Below, one piece after another: positions 53,431-64,000 of a stretch of 64,000 nucleotides of DNA. The stretch comes from Chrysomallon squamiferum (lineage: Eukaryota; Animalia; Mollusca). Below the pieces are notes generated by a model. The model was not told the DNA's origin, searched no databases, and saw nothing but the letters and a program-made list of their open reading frames with translations. Each line of letters starts with the position of its first letter. The first letter of the stretch is position 1. Where the stretch lies: assembly GCA_012295275.1 (NCBI GenBank), contig CM022678.1:14880001-14944000 (forward strand), written 5' to 3'. A program made the position numbers and the translations under genes.

Positions 53431-54258
53431 GAACAGTGCAGAAAACAAAATCCAACGCAGCAGATAAGGTCAGCTGCCACCCCCAAAAAGAAATAAAAAT
53501 TACATTAATTATATAGCTTTGTATTTTACCGTTCTTTATATTAAGTTCACTAGTTTTACTTTTTTTACCCCTTCTCTTTAATAAAGATTCTATTTTTAAT
53601 ATGCAACACATGCAAAACAGTATTAATATAATTTTTCTTCTAGTTTTTATTTTTTTATTTTTTTTTAACGCCATTAGCAGGGTCATTATGATGTGCAGAT
53701 CTGAGGAAAAGAATCATTTTACCCTGTAATGTTCAGTGAATTGTACACTGCGAATCATTTCACCTTGAAAATGACTATAATATATTCTGAACTGTCTGGT
53801 TCAGAAGGGTTAGTGATCATTGATTTTGTGTATATATATATATACCAGTTTTCCTGTGGCGTATCCAGCTTTTCTGATAGTGTGGTGTCCATGAAAAAAG
53901 GGCACTATAACATTATGAAAAGTCACTATTGAAAAATTACACAGAGGTCAACAATGTGCTACATGTCTCTAGATCCGCCCCAGCTTTTTGTTGATGTTTA
54001 TCTGGTGTACAGTTGTCTGGCCAAATAATGAATACTGAGGTCGTTTCCCTAACTACAAATACAATTCCCAATATCTTACTGTAGTTTCATACTTATTATA
54101 TTTAAACAAGAAATATAATAAAACGCCCAAGCATAAATAAACACAGATTAAAACCTTATATTGCATAATGCGTCTCTGTTTAATTTTCCTCAACGTTTGC
54201 CTTAAAATACTTGTTGAAAATTAAAAAATATAAAAGATGTTTATTTTCTAACTTTCTT

Positions 54259-54458
54259 NNNNNNNNNNNNNNNNNNNNNNNNNNNNNNNNNNNNNNNNNN
54301 NNNNNNNNNNNNNNNNNNNNNNNNNNNNNNNNNNNNNNNNNNNNNNNNNNNNNNNNNNNNNNNNNNNNNNNNNNNNNNNNNNNNNNNNNNNNNNNNNNNN
54401 NNNNNNNNNNNNNNNNNNNNNNNNNNNNNNNNNNNNNNNNNNNNNNNNNNNNNNNNNN
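54259..54458. other. Assembly gap (200 N)
   Basis: N run separating the duplicated mosaic from the CA satellite. Confidence 0.99.

Positions 54459-64000
<9,542 letters not shown>

Overview
AT-rich (roughly 70% A+T by eye), microsatellite-laden animal DNA, probably invertebrate; the LINE relic resembles gastropod elements, which is an inference. It has two 200-N gaps. None of the long ORFs in the supplied track is a credible intact gene; most are translations of (CA)n, (AAT)n or (AAAT)n. Positions 1-54258 are a mosaic of direct and inverted segmental duplications. Reading splice signals by hand reveals a spliced gene family invisible to the ORF track. It has four loci (one on +, three on -), each built from a short ATG exon, an 87-nt phase-1/phase-1 exon encoding a transmembrane helix (8 copies in total) and a short terminal exon. 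The predicted products are single-pass membrane microproteins of about 50-71 aa, or up to a 97-aa three-helix form. Also present: two copies of a decayed caspase-like gene fragment, an RNase H-bearing LINE relic, a Tc1 transposase relic, two MITE families, several hairpin or foldback elements, minisatellites, and a 9.5-kb complex (CA)-type satellite running to the window end. All gene models are manual and lack expression evidence.
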